Source: Pirellulaceae bacterium
GTDB lineage: Bacteria; Planctomycetota; Planctomycetia; Pirellulales; Pirellulaceae
Assembly: GCA_025459265.1 (NCBI GenBank)
Contig: JALOQX010000002.1
Location: 1,945 to 65,944 of the forward strand
Direction: 5' to 3'
Length of the DNA: 64,000 bases
How positions within the stretch are numbered: the stretch's first letter is position 1; each line of letters begins with the position of its first letter. Under the pieces are notes generated by a model. That model saw only the letters and a list, made by a program, of their open reading frames with translations. It did not search any database and was not told the origin of the DNA. Below are positions 1-9,123 of this stretch, piece after piece. The position numbers and the translations under genes were made by a program.

Positions 1-40
1 CCTCATCGACTGCCGCACATGGGCGCACATGGGGACAGGT

Positions 41-134
41 ACATTTGTCGCGGCGGTTGAGGGGAGATGCGCAGGACCGCGGATGACGGAAGGCATGCCG
101 CAGTGGGGCGCGTGATGGCCTGGGCCTCGCGTGC
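41..134. repeat. Direct repeat, copy A of a 94-bp pair (partner at 1013..1106)
   Basis: Hand alignment of acatttgtcgcggcggttgagggga...gtgc with 1013..1106 gives 81 of 94 identical positions and no gaps. Confidence 0.85.
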
Positions 135-509
135 TGGCGACGGACACCGGCGCCGTGTTCGCCGGTCTGGGCACGATCCGGCAGATAGTTTTTCACGACG
201 GTCAGGACGCGTGATCCACTCAAAACGGAGGCAGACGTCGTTTGCCCCACCATGTGCTGCACCGAGGCGGGCGCAGGCGTTGGCAGCCCGGTCGACGGGC
301 TGGCGTTGCGGCCCGATGAACGTTAATCGGAAACAGCCTCACGCGCAGCGATAAGCGTGACAACGCAACAACCAACGACTACACTGTGACTTACGAGGAT
401 CAGCGTCCGGCGTGTTAGGCTGCAACTCAGCCGTCTACAGGTAATACGCTGGTCATCCCAAAACCACGTTCGGAAATTCTGTGGAGTGCATCGACGGTGG
501 GGAATTCCG

Positions 510-743
510 ATGCCGAAGGTGTTCGAGAAGGACGGTTTTACATTTTTCTTTTACAGCAACGAGCACCATCCCATTCACGTTCATGTGCGGCGAGGAGATG
601 GCGAAGCCGTCTTCAACGTGGAGGAGTCGGTCGAACTGCGGGAATCCCAGAATATGAAGGTGAGCGAGCTATCAAGAGCGCAGAAGCTTGCGGAGGAGAA
701 CCGTGAACTGATCTTGGAGAAATGGCATGAACACCTTGGTTGA
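510..743 (+). CDS. DUF4160-family small protein
   Basis: From ATG 510 the translation is MPKVFEKDGFTFFFYSNEHHPIHVHVRRGDGEAVF..., the conserved N-terminal signature of DUF4160 proteins. A purine-rich ggtgggga lies just upstream. The ORF track begins at GTG 486. Composition is low-GC relative to the flanks. Confidence 0.85.
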   Translation: MPKVFEKDGFTFFFYSNEHHPIHVHVRRGDGEAVFNVEESVELRESQNMKVSELSRAQKLAEENRELILEKWHEHLG

Positions 744-1011
744 CAAAGTCAAATCCGCCATCTATCAGGATGGTAAGATCCTGGTGACGATGGAAAGCCA
801 AGTGGAGATACGCTTTCCCGTCGCCGGCAACCCCCGCCTTTCCCAAGGTACACCTCAGCAACTGAACAACATTGAGGTTTCACCTTTTGGTCTTCATTGG
901 CCCGATCTTGATGAGGACTTATCGTTCCGGGGGCTACTTGAGGGGGACTATGGGCAGAGTCGGACTTGCCGGTCGGAGAGGAGCTCCGGCCGACACTCGC
1001 GCGGTACGTGA
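727..1011 (+). CDS. DUF2442-family small protein, the usual partner of DUF4160
   Basis: The translation (KSAIYQDGKILVTMESQVEIRFPV...LHWPDLDEDLS) resembles DUF2442. It overlaps the upstream gene by 17 nt. The last ~20 codons run into GC-rich sequence next to repeat copy B and may be read-through. Confidence 0.75.
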   Translation: MNTLVDKVKSAIYQDGKILVTMESQVEIRFPVAGNPRLSQGTPQQLNNIEVSPFGLHWPDLDEDLSFRGLLEGDYGQSRTCRSERSSGRHSRGT

Positions 1012-1012
1012 T

Positions 1013-1106
1013 ACATTTGTCGCGGCGGTTGAGGGGATAGGCGCAACACCGCGGAGGACTGAAGGCATGCCGCAGCGGGGCGCCTGATGGTCTGGCCCGG
1101 TCGTGC
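1013..1106. repeat. Direct repeat, copy B (partner at 41..134)
   Basis: Same hand alignment as copy A. It begins 2 nt after the DUF2442 stop codon. Confidence 0.85.
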
Positions 1107-1261
1107 GATCCGACAGGACGGAAGCACTCGGCATCCTGGGGGCGGCGAAAACGCGACATGTGGTGTTTTCGCCACGTGAGCAGCCGATGGCTTTGACTTC
1201 GGGGCCGGGATGACGTACATCCTTCTGGGCGCGCTCGTCTTACAGGGATTGTCTCACCCCC

Positions 1262-2716
1262 ATGCTCAACGTCCTGGTCGTCTGTACCGCCGTGTTGGTG
1301 GGCCTGCTGGTGGGCTGGTGGCTGCGCGGCGCGGCGCCGGGTACGCCGCAGCTCCGCCAGCGGTCGGACGATGCCGTGCGCGCGCGGGAGATTCTGGAAC
1401 GGCTCCGCGAGTTGACGCGGAATGTCGCCGCGGACGTCGATCAGCACAAGGCCCTGATGGGACGCATCACCGACGAGCTGCACGCGACCGAAGAGCGGGA
1501 GCCGGCGACGGTGCTCAAGGCCGTGGACCGGCTGATTCGCTCGAACGAGCAGATGCAGGCACAGCTGAGTTCGGCGGAGGCGAGGCTGGCCACGCAGGCC
1601 CGGCAGCTGGTCAGTCATGCCGTGGAGGCGCGCACGGACTCGCTCACCGCGCTGGCCAACCGACGCGCGTTCGACCAGGCAATGAACCAGGCGTGCGCGG
1701 ACATGGCGCAGCAGGGCGCACCGGCGACGATCATGATGATCGACATCGATCGATTCAAGCAGTTGAACGACACCTATGGGCACCAGGCGGGAGACGCGGT
1801 GCTGCGCAGCGTCGCGCAGGTGCTGCGGCAGCGCATCCCGGAGGAGCACCTGGTGGCCCGGTACGGCGGCGAGGAATTTGCCGTCATATTCGCGCGGACG
1901 ACGGTCGAGCAGATCGAGCGGCTTGCGGAGCACGCGCGGCGGGCCGTGGGGGAAGGCACGATCGAGTTCGCGGGGCTGACGCTGCGGGTGACGGTCAGCA
2001 GCGGCATGGCGCAGCTGCTGCCGGGCGAATCGGCCGCCTCGGTGATTGGCCGCTCGGATGACGCCCTGTACGTGTCGAAGGCGCAAGGACGCAATTGCGG
2101 GCACGTGCACACCGGGCGCCGCGTGGTGGCGGTGGGGCAGACGGCGCCGGCCGAGAAGGGGACGCCGGCGGCCAGAACCCGCCCGGCGCCGATGGAGGTC
2201 GGCATCTCCTCGCCGCAAGTCTTCTCGTCCGATGTCCGGCGGCGCCTGGCAGAATGGAAGACGGGAGGCACGCCGCTGTGCCTGCTGTTTGTGCAGATTG
2301 ACGACCTCGAGCAGATCCGCGCGCAACATGGCGACGATAACGGCGATGCCGCCGTCCGCGCGCTGACTTTGACGCTCAAGGCCGCCATGCGTGAGATGGA
2401 CCATGCGGCCCGGTTCGACGGGGACACGCTGTCCCTGCTGTTGCCCGGCTGCACGATGCGCGGCGCGGCGGCGGTGGCGGAGAATCTGCGTACGGGGGCG
2501 GCACGCTGCGAGCTCTCGTCGCGTTACACCTGTCGGCAGTTCACGGTGAGCATCGGGATCGGCGAAGCGCTGGAAGACGAGCAGGAAGATGACCTGATCG
2601 AACGGGTGCGATCGTCGCTGCATGTCGCCCGACTGCATGGACGCGACTGTACGTACCTGCATGACGGCATCGAGCTGCACCTGATTGGCGTGGGGCGGCT
2701 GAGCATGGCCACCTGA
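1262..2716 (+). CDS. Membrane-anchored diguanylate cyclase with tandem GGDEF domains (one catalytic, one degenerate)
   Basis: There is an N-terminal TM helix (LNVLVVCTAVLVGLLVGWWL) and a coiled-coil stretch. The first GGDEF domain reads DIDRFKQLNDTYGHQAGD...RYGGEEFAV. The second GGDEF-like domain has RFDGDTLSLLL in place of the GGDEF motif. Confidence 0.9.
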   Translation: MLNVLVVCTAVLVGLLVGWWLRGAAPGTPQLRQRSDDAVRAREILERLRELTRNVAADVDQHKALMGRITDELHATEEREPATVLKAVDRLIRSNEQMQAQLSSAEARLATQARQLVSHAVEARTDSLTALANRRAFDQAMNQACADMAQQGAPATIMMIDIDRFKQLNDTYGHQAGDAVLRSVAQVLRQRIPEEHLVARYGGEEFAVIFARTTVEQIERLAEHARRAVGEGTIEFAGLTLRVTVSSGMAQLLPGESAASVIGRSDDALYVSKAQGRNCGHVHTGRRVVAVGQTAPAEKGTPAARTRPAPMEVGISSPQVFSSDVRRRLAEWKTGGTPLCLLFVQIDDLEQIRAQHGDDNGDAAVRALTLTLKAAMREMDHAARFDGDTLSLLLPGCTMRGAAAVAENLRTGAARCELSSRYTCRQFTVSIGIGEALEDEQEDDLIERVRSSLHVARLHGRDCTYLHDGIELHLIGVGRLSMAT

Positions 2717-2752
2717 ACGCCGGATGGCAGGGCCTGACGCTCGGTCGGCGTG

Positions 2753-3217
2753 TCACCCGTCGTCCAAGGCTGCGGGAAAGTCCTCGCGGCGGGTCGCGCT
2801 GAGATAATCACTCAACAACAGCTGCGCCGCGACCTTGTCCCGTCGCGCTTGGCGCTGCTTCCGGGTCAGCTGTCCGACGCCCAAAAGAGACTCCGCGTCG
2901 CGCGTCGTAAAACGCTCGTCCCACAGCCGCACGGGCCGGCCGGTGACCTCGGCGAGCCAGTCCGCGAACTGTCGAACCTCGCGGGACTTTGCACTCTCCT
3001 GGCCGCTCAAGTGCAACGGCAGGCCCACGACGAATCCGACGACGTCCTGTTCGGCCACCAGCTGGTGAAAAAACACGGCGTCCTGCCGGGCGCTGCGCCG
3101 CGTGTAAATCGCGTGGGGACTGGCGAGCGTCTGGTGCGCGTCACACAGCGCGACGCCGATCCGCACGGTCCCGAAGTCAATGCCGGCCAGCCGACCCGTC
3201 GCGGGAAAGTCACTCAT
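2753..3217 (-). CDS. ruvX: Putative pre-16S rRNA nuclease / Holliday junction resolvase-like protein RuvX (YqgF)
   Basis: The N-terminal LAGIDFGTVRIGVALCD motif and the ~150-aa length are typical of the YqgF family. The start overlaps the upstream stop as ATGA. Confidence 0.9.
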   Translation of the reverse strand: MSDFPATGRLAGIDFGTVRIGVALCDAHQTLASPHAIYTRRSARQDAVFFHQLVAEQDVVGFVVGLPLHLSGQESAKSREVRQFADWLAEVTGRPVRLWDERFTTRDAESLLGVGQLTRKQRQARRDKVAAQLLLSDYLSATRREDFPAALDDG

Positions 3218-4254
3218 CGCCGCGGCCCCTCGGCCTCCGGCTGCGCCGCCAGCGGCTGCCGGGCTTCCTCGGAAATGAAGTACCCGCGTTGCAGGAATCG
3301 CAGCGTGTACTCGCGCACGCGCGGGTGATCCATGATGAAGGTGTGCAGCTCGGGCACGATGACAAAATCGGCCGCGCCGGCCAGGCGTGTCTCGTCCACC
3401 GACACGATCAGATCGTCGTCACCCTCCAGCCAGGGATTGCCTCCCTGCTGCGATCCCGCGCTGCCGGCAATGATGCCGAACGGACAGGCCGGCACCGCGA
3501 GCTGAGCTTGCACGCGGTCCCAGTCTTCCGTGAATTGCTGTCCTCCTTGGCCGAAAAGCAGGCGAAACGTCGGGTCGTGCTCAAACCGCTCGGCCAGTGC
3601 CGCCCCGTTGTTGGGAGGTGCCAGCATCACGATGCGGCGAATGCGCGGGTCCTGGCCCAGTCCTCGCGCAGCCACCAGCTGGTCGTGCAGCAGATGCCGG
3701 ACGACCAGGTTGCCCATGCTGTGCGCGACGAAGTTGATTTCTTCCACCCGCTCCAGCCGGCGGACCGCGCGCGCCAGACTCGCCGCATGGTCAGCCAGCG
3801 ACGCGCGCGTGCTGGCGTAGGAGATACTCAGCACCTCGTAATCAGACCGCTCCGCCAGATACTGCGCGATGCCGGCCATCGACGCGCGGGTTCGCCCGAG
3901 TCCGTGCAGCACCAGGACGACCCGCGGCCGCAAGGCCGGCACTTGCGCCGTGCGCCGCAGCTCCTCCCACCGCGCATGGCAGTCGTCCCACGCGCCCCAC
4001 GCCTGGCGGACGTTCTGCGGATCCAGCAGTCGATAGTGCCCCGACACCACATTGCGCTGGATGCGCCATTGGCCGTGCACCAGTTCATCCGACCAGAACT
4101 GTTTGCCGCCAAGCGTTCGCCCGGGCACGTTCAGGCTCAGCACGTTCCAGTCCGGTACGGCAGGCGGGTCGGTCTCGTCATCGGGTTCCTGGCCCCCGGC
4201 GGACGCCGGCCAGAGCAGACACAGAAGCAGCAGACCCGCGATGCTCGATCGCAT
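3214..4254 (-). CDS. Secreted alpha/beta-hydrolase (lipase/esterase-like)
   Basis: A signal-like N-terminus follows ATG 4254 (MRSSIAGLLLLCLLWPASAGG). The nucleophile elbow is VAHSMGN (GxSxG) and it is preceded by VVLVLHGLG. The ORF track start at 4377 is probably too far upstream. Confidence 0.8.
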   Translation of the reverse strand: MRSSIAGLLLLCLLWPASAGGQEPDDETDPPAVPDWNVLSLNVPGRTLGGKQFWSDELVHGQWRIQRNVVSGHYRLLDPQNVRQAWGAWDDCHARWEELRRTAQVPALRPRVVLVLHGLGRTRASMAGIAQYLAERSDYEVLSISYASTRASLADHAASLARAVRRLERVEEINFVAHSMGNLVVRHLLHDQLVAARGLGQDPRIRRIVMLAPPNNGAALAERFEHDPTFRLLFGQGGQQFTEDWDRVQAQLAVPACPFGIIAGSAGSQQGGNPWLEGDDDLIVSVDETRLAGAADFVIVPELHTFIMDHPRVREYTLRFLQRGYFISEEARQPLAAQPEAEGPRR

Positions 4255-4358
4255 CCTACCCTTGACCTTTCCTGCCTGGTCGAGCGCCTGGCATCGTACA
4301 CCCACAGCTTGCCGAGACGGCGGATCGTTCGCTACCCCCACTCCGGAGCGGAACGTGC

Positions 4359-5459
4359 TTACAGATATTGATCCCAACCGCGTTCGTGCAGCAGCTGAAC
4401 GATCTCGCGGACGCTCTCTTCGTCATCTTGACGAGCCACGAGCGTGGCGTCCGGCGTATGAACAACGATGAGATTGTCCACGCCGATCGCGGCAATCAGG
4501 TGGTCATTCGACGAACGGATAATCGAGTTGGTGGTGCGCACCGCGACGGTCGGGCCGATCCGCGTGTTACCCTGCTCGTCGCTGCCGTGCAGGCGCGCCA
4601 GGGCCCGCCAACTGCCCAGGTCATCCCAGTCGAAGGGAGCCTCGACCACGACCACCGGTTCGTAGCGTTCCATGACGGCGTAGTCGATCGACTTGCCGGC
4701 GATGGCGGAGAACTCATCGGCGAACGTTGCGTCGAAGCGATCGGTGCCGAAGGACGCGGCGATCGCGCCGAGGTGTGCCGCCATGAGCGGCTCGAAGCGC
4801 GCAAGCGCCGCAAGGATCGTCCGGGCCTTCCAGACGAAGATCCCGGAGTTCCAGTAGTATCGTCCGGCGGCCAGATACGACTGGGCGACGGCGGCGGCAG
4901 GTTTTTCGCGGAAGCTGGTCACGGCGAACGCTGGCGCATCCCCGTCGCGCGACGACCGCAGCGGTTCGCCGCGCTCGATGTAGCCGAACGACTCGGCGGG
5001 ATAACTCGGGCGGATGCCGAACGTCACGATGCGGGCGGGCTGGTCCGCCACCAGTTGGGCGGCCTGCGAGATCGCGCGCTGGAACGCCGCCACGGGCTGG
5101 ATCACGTGATCGGCAGGCATGACGACCAGCGTCGCATCAGCATCCTGACGCTGGACGAGCGCGGCGGCCAGGCCGATCGCGGGCGCGGTGTCGCGCCGGC
5201 ACGGCTCGCCCAGGATCGCGGCGGCCGGCAATTCCGGCAGCTGCCGGGCGAGGGGCGCCACCAGCCGCTGGTTGGTGAGCACGAGGGTGCGGGAGGGGGG
5301 GACCAGCGCACCGAGCCGCTTGGCGGTGGCCTGCACCATGGTCAGCTCACCGGCCAGATTGAGCAGCTGTTTGGGGCGCGCATGCCGACTGGCCGGCCAG
5401 AAGCGTGTGCCGGAGCCGCCAGCCATGATCATTGCGTACAGCATGGGGGGAACCTTCAC
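4359..5459 (-). CDS. Mannose-1-phosphate guanylyltransferase (GDP-mannose pyrophosphorylase)
   Basis: It carries the N-terminal MAGGSGTRFWPASR..KQLL nucleotidyltransferase signature. The start is either GTG 5459 (GTGA overlap with the upstream gene) or ATG 5444. Confidence 0.9.
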   Translation of the reverse strand: MKVPPMLYAMIMAGGSGTRFWPASRHARPKQLLNLAGELTMVQATAKRLGALVPPSRTLVLTNQRLVAPLARQLPELPAAAILGEPCRRDTAPAIGLAAALVQRQDADATLVVMPADHVIQPVAAFQRAISQAAQLVADQPARIVTFGIRPSYPAESFGYIERGEPLRSSRDGDAPAFAVTSFREKPAAAVAQSYLAAGRYYWNSGIFVWKARTILAALARFEPLMAAHLGAIAASFGTDRFDATFADEFSAIAGKSIDYAVMERYEPVVVVEAPFDWDDLGSWRALARLHGSDEQGNTRIGPTVAVRTTNSIIRSSNDHLIAAIGVDNLIVVHTPDATLVARQDDEESVREIVQLLHERGWDQYL

Positions 5460-6862
5460 TCGTGGAAGTACGTCGGCTGGTCAATGGTCCGCGCCGGCGG
5501 CGACTGCGCCAGACGCTGCGCAACCTGTGCGGCGTCGAGTGCCCAGAGGGGACTGATCTCCACCGGCGTGTCCTCGACGACGGTCGCACCTGCCTGGCGC
5601 AGCCACTGGGTGAAGAGCGCGACCATGGCGCGGCGGGCCGTGGTCGGTGTATCGGACGCGGCCCCGTCGGCGTTCTTGACCGGCGCAAAGACTTCTGCCG
5701 CGCGTCCCTCGACCACCAGGGCGTTCCGGGCCCAGGGGAGCAAATCAAAGATGAACCGTTCGAACTTGATCGCGTTGGGCGCTGTCGGCTCCCGCGCGAC
5801 GCCGCCTTCATCCACGAAGGGTGTTTTCTTGCGAGCGAGGTGGAACGGAAGCGCGTCTGCCTGGTGGGCAATGCGGTCGAGGAACTCGCGATCGAACACG
5901 TGGACGGCGATGCTCCCGGCCCATACGCAGAGCGACCCGTCGGGATTGCGGCGCTGCGCGACGTCGTCCGGCAGATCACTGTACTCGATGATGCGCAGCT
6001 TCCCGTCGACCATCACGACGTTGCCGACCTTTTCGTGCGGGTCCGACTTGCGGACGACCTGGGTCGTCATCTCCGACCGGGCCAGGCAGTGGTAACCGAG
6101 CAGCTCGGGATCGCACAGCATGGCCAGCGGGTTGTCGATCTGCACGTACGAAAAATAGCCTACGCCGCGCTCGCGCGCATCCTCCAGGAGCCCGGAGTTG
6201 TCCAGTGCCGCGAGCATGCCGCCATGCCCGTCGGGGGCCAGCGCCAGGGAGTCTTTGCGCGCGAGGAGCAACCTGCCGGTTTGTGCGTCGACGGCGGGCA
6301 TGGTGCCCTGGCAGAAGATCCGCAGTTGGCCCGTCGGCATCCCGAAATGGTGATGCGCGGCCAGAAACGTCGTGGTTTCGTCGTGGGTGACGGGGCTGGT
6401 CATCACGTACAGTGGCACGGGTGCGCCGTACCGTCGCGAGGTGGCCACGACCTTTTCGATCAGGATCTGGAACAGCGTGCGGCCGGAGACGGGTCCAAGC
6501 GGGAACATCCCTTTGGGATGGGCGAATCCCAGCCGCGTCCCCTGTCCGCCGGCCACGAGGATGGCACCCACCTGGCCGGCGCGCAGCGCGGCTGCGCCCG
6601 CGCGGCGGGCCGCCTCGGGCGTAATCGGCCCGGTGGCGCGCCCAGCGAGTTCAATGGCGGGGGGCGACGTGGCGCGGCGTGCCAGCGCCGCCCAGTCCGG
6701 CGCTTCATGTTCCTCGCGCACGAGTCGGGCGAGCAGGTCCAGATCGAGCGTGGCGAGTTGCTGATCCAGCTGGCGGCGTGCGGCGGGTGTGAGCGCGGGG
6801 TAGTGGGCCAGCACATGCTGCTGGCCCGCGGCAGCCAGTCGATCGAAGAGAGGATGTTGCAT
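5456..6862 (-). CDS. UDPGP-family UDP-sugar pyrophosphorylase (UAP1/UDP-GlcNAc pyrophosphorylase-like)
   Basis: The motifs LVAGGQGTRLGFAHPKGMFP, YVMTS and APDGHGG are characteristic of the UTP-hexose-1-phosphate uridylyltransferase (UDPGP) family. Confidence 0.85.
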   Translation of the reverse strand: MQHPLFDRLAAAGQQHVLAHYPALTPAARRQLDQQLATLDLDLLARLVREEHEAPDWAALARRATSPPAIELAGRATGPITPEAARRAGAAALRAGQVGAILVAGGQGTRLGFAHPKGMFPLGPVSGRTLFQILIEKVVATSRRYGAPVPLYVMTSPVTHDETTTFLAAHHHFGMPTGQLRIFCQGTMPAVDAQTGRLLLARKDSLALAPDGHGGMLAALDNSGLLEDARERGVGYFSYVQIDNPLAMLCDPELLGYHCLARSEMTTQVVRKSDPHEKVGNVVMVDGKLRIIEYSDLPDDVAQRRNPDGSLCVWAGSIAVHVFDREFLDRIAHQADALPFHLARKKTPFVDEGGVAREPTAPNAIKFERFIFDLLPWARNALVVEGRAAEVFAPVKNADGAASDTPTTARRAMVALFTQWLRQAGATVVEDTPVEISPLWALDAAQVAQRLAQSPPARTIDQPTYFHE

Positions 6863-6877
6863 CGGCGTCCTCGCAAT

Positions 6878-7735
6878 TCACGGTTCGCAGCGGGCCTGGA
6901 AGTGAATCAGCACGTTCTCCTCGTGGGGACTGGCCGCATGGAGTCGCACATCGAAGCGGATGCCAAACGCCTGCGCATCGGCCACCTTGACGCGCGTGGC
7001 CGGACCCGCCACCTGCGCCACGTCCACGCGCGGTCGACCGGACATGGGCGGGCAGAAGGCGACGTGCACATTGCGCGACCGTTGGCCGGCCGCGAAGCGT
7101 GTTCGCAGGAGGCCTTCTGCCACGTCGCCCTGTTGCGGCGATTGGAAGCGCGTCAATTGCTGGGACACATCCGGACGCAGCTCGGTCATCGTCTGGCCGT
7201 CGGCCCGCAGATCCACCGGCAGCTGCCAGGGGGACTGTGCCGGGCCAGCGCAACTCGACGCACCGGTCTCGGCCGCGGCGGCCGGCGGGGGCGCCGCCCC
7301 TGCCGCGGGGCGCGCGCGCCGAACCAGCGCGAGCCACACCGCTTCACCGGCCAGGACGCTGCCCCAGGCGGCCAGCCCGCCAAGCCGGGACGTGCCGGGC
7401 AGGGACAGGGCCGCCAGCAGCGTCAGGACGGCCAGCGTCGGGAGCAGCCACAACACGGCGGCCGGCCAGCGCTGTGGTAGCGGCGGCATGCCCACCCAGC
7501 ACCAGCCGCCGCGGATGGCGGCGACCAGTCCCGCGGCGCCCGCACCCATGGCCCAGAGCAACACGCCACTGAGCGGTTGCTGCAGCCCCGCACATGCGCG
7601 TCGCCAGACCAGGTAACAGGCCAGGGCGACGAGCATCGCGGTGGCCGCGGCCAGGATGGCCTGGGCCAGCGGCACGCGTACCGCGCGGTGCTGCCGCACG
7701 ACGGCGCGGTCCGATCTGGCGACTGGCGCAACCAT
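6878..7735 (-). CDS. Hypothetical membrane protein (about 4 TM helices plus a soluble C-terminal domain)
   Basis: Hydrophobic segments fill the first ~130 aa. The C-terminal ~100 aa have a non-repetitive, protein-like composition. It sits tightly in a same-strand gene run (15-nt gap to the next gene). I recognise no family. Confidence 0.55.
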   Translation of the reverse strand: MVAPVARSDRAVVRQHRAVRVPLAQAILAAATAMLVALACYLVWRRACAGLQQPLSGVLLWAMGAGAAGLVAAIRGGWCWVGMPPLPQRWPAAVLWLLPTLAVLTLLAALSLPGTSRLGGLAAWGSVLAGEAVWLALVRRARPAAGAAPPPAAAAETGASSCAGPAQSPWQLPVDLRADGQTMTELRPDVSQQLTRFQSPQQGDVAEGLLRTRFAAGQRSRNVHVAFCPPMSGRPRVDVAQVAGPATRVKVADAQAFGIRFDVRLHAASPHEENVLIHFQARCEP

Positions 7736-7797
7736 TTCGCTGTGCTCGTCCCGCTCGTGCTCGAAGTTGCTTGCGTCGCGCTGCCGGGCGGCGAACC

Positions 7798-8982
7798 TTA
7801 CCGACTCGCCGCCTGCAGGCCGCAGGCTTCCGCCAGCGCCCTGGCGCGATCTGTGCGTTCCCAGGTGAATTCCGGCTCGTTCCGGCCAAAGTGCCCGCCC
7901 GCCGCCGTCTTGCGATAAATCGGTCGGCGGAGCTCCAGATACCGGATGATGCCGCCCGGCGTGAGCGGAAAGAACTCGCGCACCACGTCACAGATCCGCT
8001 CGTCGTCGACGACGCCCGTACCCTCCGTGTTCACATAGACACTGACCGGCTCGGACACGCCAATGGCGTAGGCCAGCTGGACTTCACAGCGTTCGGCCAG
8101 CTGCGCCGCCACGATGTTCTTGGCGACGTGGCGGGCCATGTAGCAGGCGCTGCGGTCCACCTTGGTGGGATCCTTGCCGCTGAACGCACCGCCGCCGTGC
8201 CGGCCCCAGCCTCCGTACGTGTCGACAATGATCTTCCGCCCCGTCAAGCCGCAGTCCCCTTTCGGGCCACCGGTGACGAATCGGCCCGTCGGGTTCACGT
8301 GGTACTTGATTTCGCCGTCCACCAGCTGCGCGGGGAGCAACGGATCCACAATCTGCCGGATGACGAAGTCGCGAATCGCTCCCTGCGAGACGTCGGGGGC
8401 GTGCTGGGTGGAGACGACGACGGTATCGATCCGGACCGGTTTGAACCCGTCGTACTCCACCGTCACTTGACTCTTGCTGTCCGGTCGGAGCCAATCGACT
8501 TCGCCCCGCCGGCGGGCTTCCGTGAGGCGATCGAGGATGCGGTGGGCGAGCCAGATGGGCAACGGCATCAGTTCCGGCGTGTCCTGGCAGGCGAAGCCGA
8601 ACATCATGCCCTGGTCACCGGCACCGATGTCCTTGCCGGCCGCAGCGTCCTCGTTGACCCCCAACGCGATATCCGGGCTCTGGCGATCAATCGACAGGAT
8701 CACCGCGCACGTGTCCGCGCAGATACCCCACTGGTCGTCCGTGTATCCGACATCGCGCATCACGTCCCGCGCGACCTGCGTGTAATCGACCGTGGCGGAC
8801 GTGGTGATCTCCCCGGAAATCAGGACCATGCCGGTCGTGACGAGCGTTTCGCAGGCAACGCGGCTCAGCGGGTCCTGCGCGAAGATGGCATCGAGGACAC
8901 CGTCCGATATCTGATCGGCGAGCTTGTCCGGATGGCCCATGCTGACCGATTCGCTGGTGAACAAATACCTGCCTGACGCCAC
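7798..8982 (-). CDS. metK: S-adenosylmethionine synthetase
   Basis: The motifs [33 protein letters not shown] and [16 protein letters not shown] are present. The start is GTG 8982, preceded by ggagacggg. Confidence 0.97.
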   Translation of the reverse strand: MASGRYLFTSESVSMGHPDKLADQISDGVLDAIFAQDPLSRVACETLVTTGMVLISGEITTSATVDYTQVARDVMRDVGYTDDQWGICADTCAVILSIDRQSPDIALGVNEDAAAGKDIGAGDQGMMFGFACQDTPELMPLPIWLAHRILDRLTEARRRGEVDWLRPDSKSQVTVEYDGFKPVRIDTVVVSTQHAPDVSQGAIRDFVIRQIVDPLLPAQLVDGEIKYHVNPTGRFVTGGPKGDCGLTGRKIIVDTYGGWGRHGGGAFSGKDPTKVDRSACYMARHVAKNIVAAQLAERCEVQLAYAIGVSEPVSVYVNTEGTGVVDDERICDVVREFFPLTPGGIIRYLELRRPIYRKTAAGGHFGRNEPEFTWERTDRARALAEACGLQAASR

Positions 8983-9047
8983 ATCCCGTCTCCTCGTGCA
9001 AACCTGCGAAACGCCCCCGGCTACCCGCGTAGCCGGCGGGAGTGGTG

Positions 9048-9077
9048 ATTATAGAGTCCAGCTCGGCGGAGGGGCAA
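9048..9077 (-). promoter_or_regulatory. Candidate sigma70-type promoter for metK (TTGCCC-N18-TATAAT on the minus strand)
   Basis: On the minus strand a perfect TATAAT lies at 9053..9048, with TTGCCC at 9077..9072 and 18-nt spacing. A leader hairpin ccggctac/gtagccgg lies at 9017..9036. This is based on the E. coli-type consensus only. Confidence 0.3.
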
Positions 9078-9123
9078 CCGCGGGGTGGGGGAGCCGGTGT
9101 CGATTCCGGGCGCGCCAGGGGTC

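Noticed and set aside
67-354. ORF 67-354(+) at the left edge, and N-terminal extensions proposed by the ORF track for many genes. Examples are 44546 for the RND pump, 43368 for the adaptor, 17714 for the protease, 62070 for the HtrA-like protein and 59806 for the DUF4404-like gene.
   Set aside because: The extension or ORF translations are Arg/Pro/Gly-rich and non-protein-like. Internal ATG starts give canonical N-termini (signal peptides and conserved first motifs) and sensible overlaps such as ATGA junctions.
41-1106. Integron attC sites as the identity of the 94-bp direct repeats.
   Set aside because: I could not find the paired R''/R' (RYYYAAC / GTTRRRY) and L''/L' inverted cores within either repeat, and no intI gene is in the window. 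Only a dedicated attC covariance-model search could settle it.
749-2680. Very long ORFs antisense to, or out of frame with, recognisable genes. Examples are 749-2680(-), 4368-6095(+), 5432-7480(+), 11168-14392(+), 20513-23005(+), 44759-47935(-) and 50038-51600(-).
   Set aside because: Their translations are dominated by R, A, G and P, with no recognisable motifs. They lie opposite genes with clear family signatures, which is the expected stop-codon-poor artefact of very high GC content.
8983-9123. SAM riboswitch upstream of metK.
   Set aside because: From the candidate -10 box, the leader is only about 60 nt with one simple hairpin. I see none of the conserved SAM-I or SAM-II sequence features. 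An Infernal scan would be decisive.
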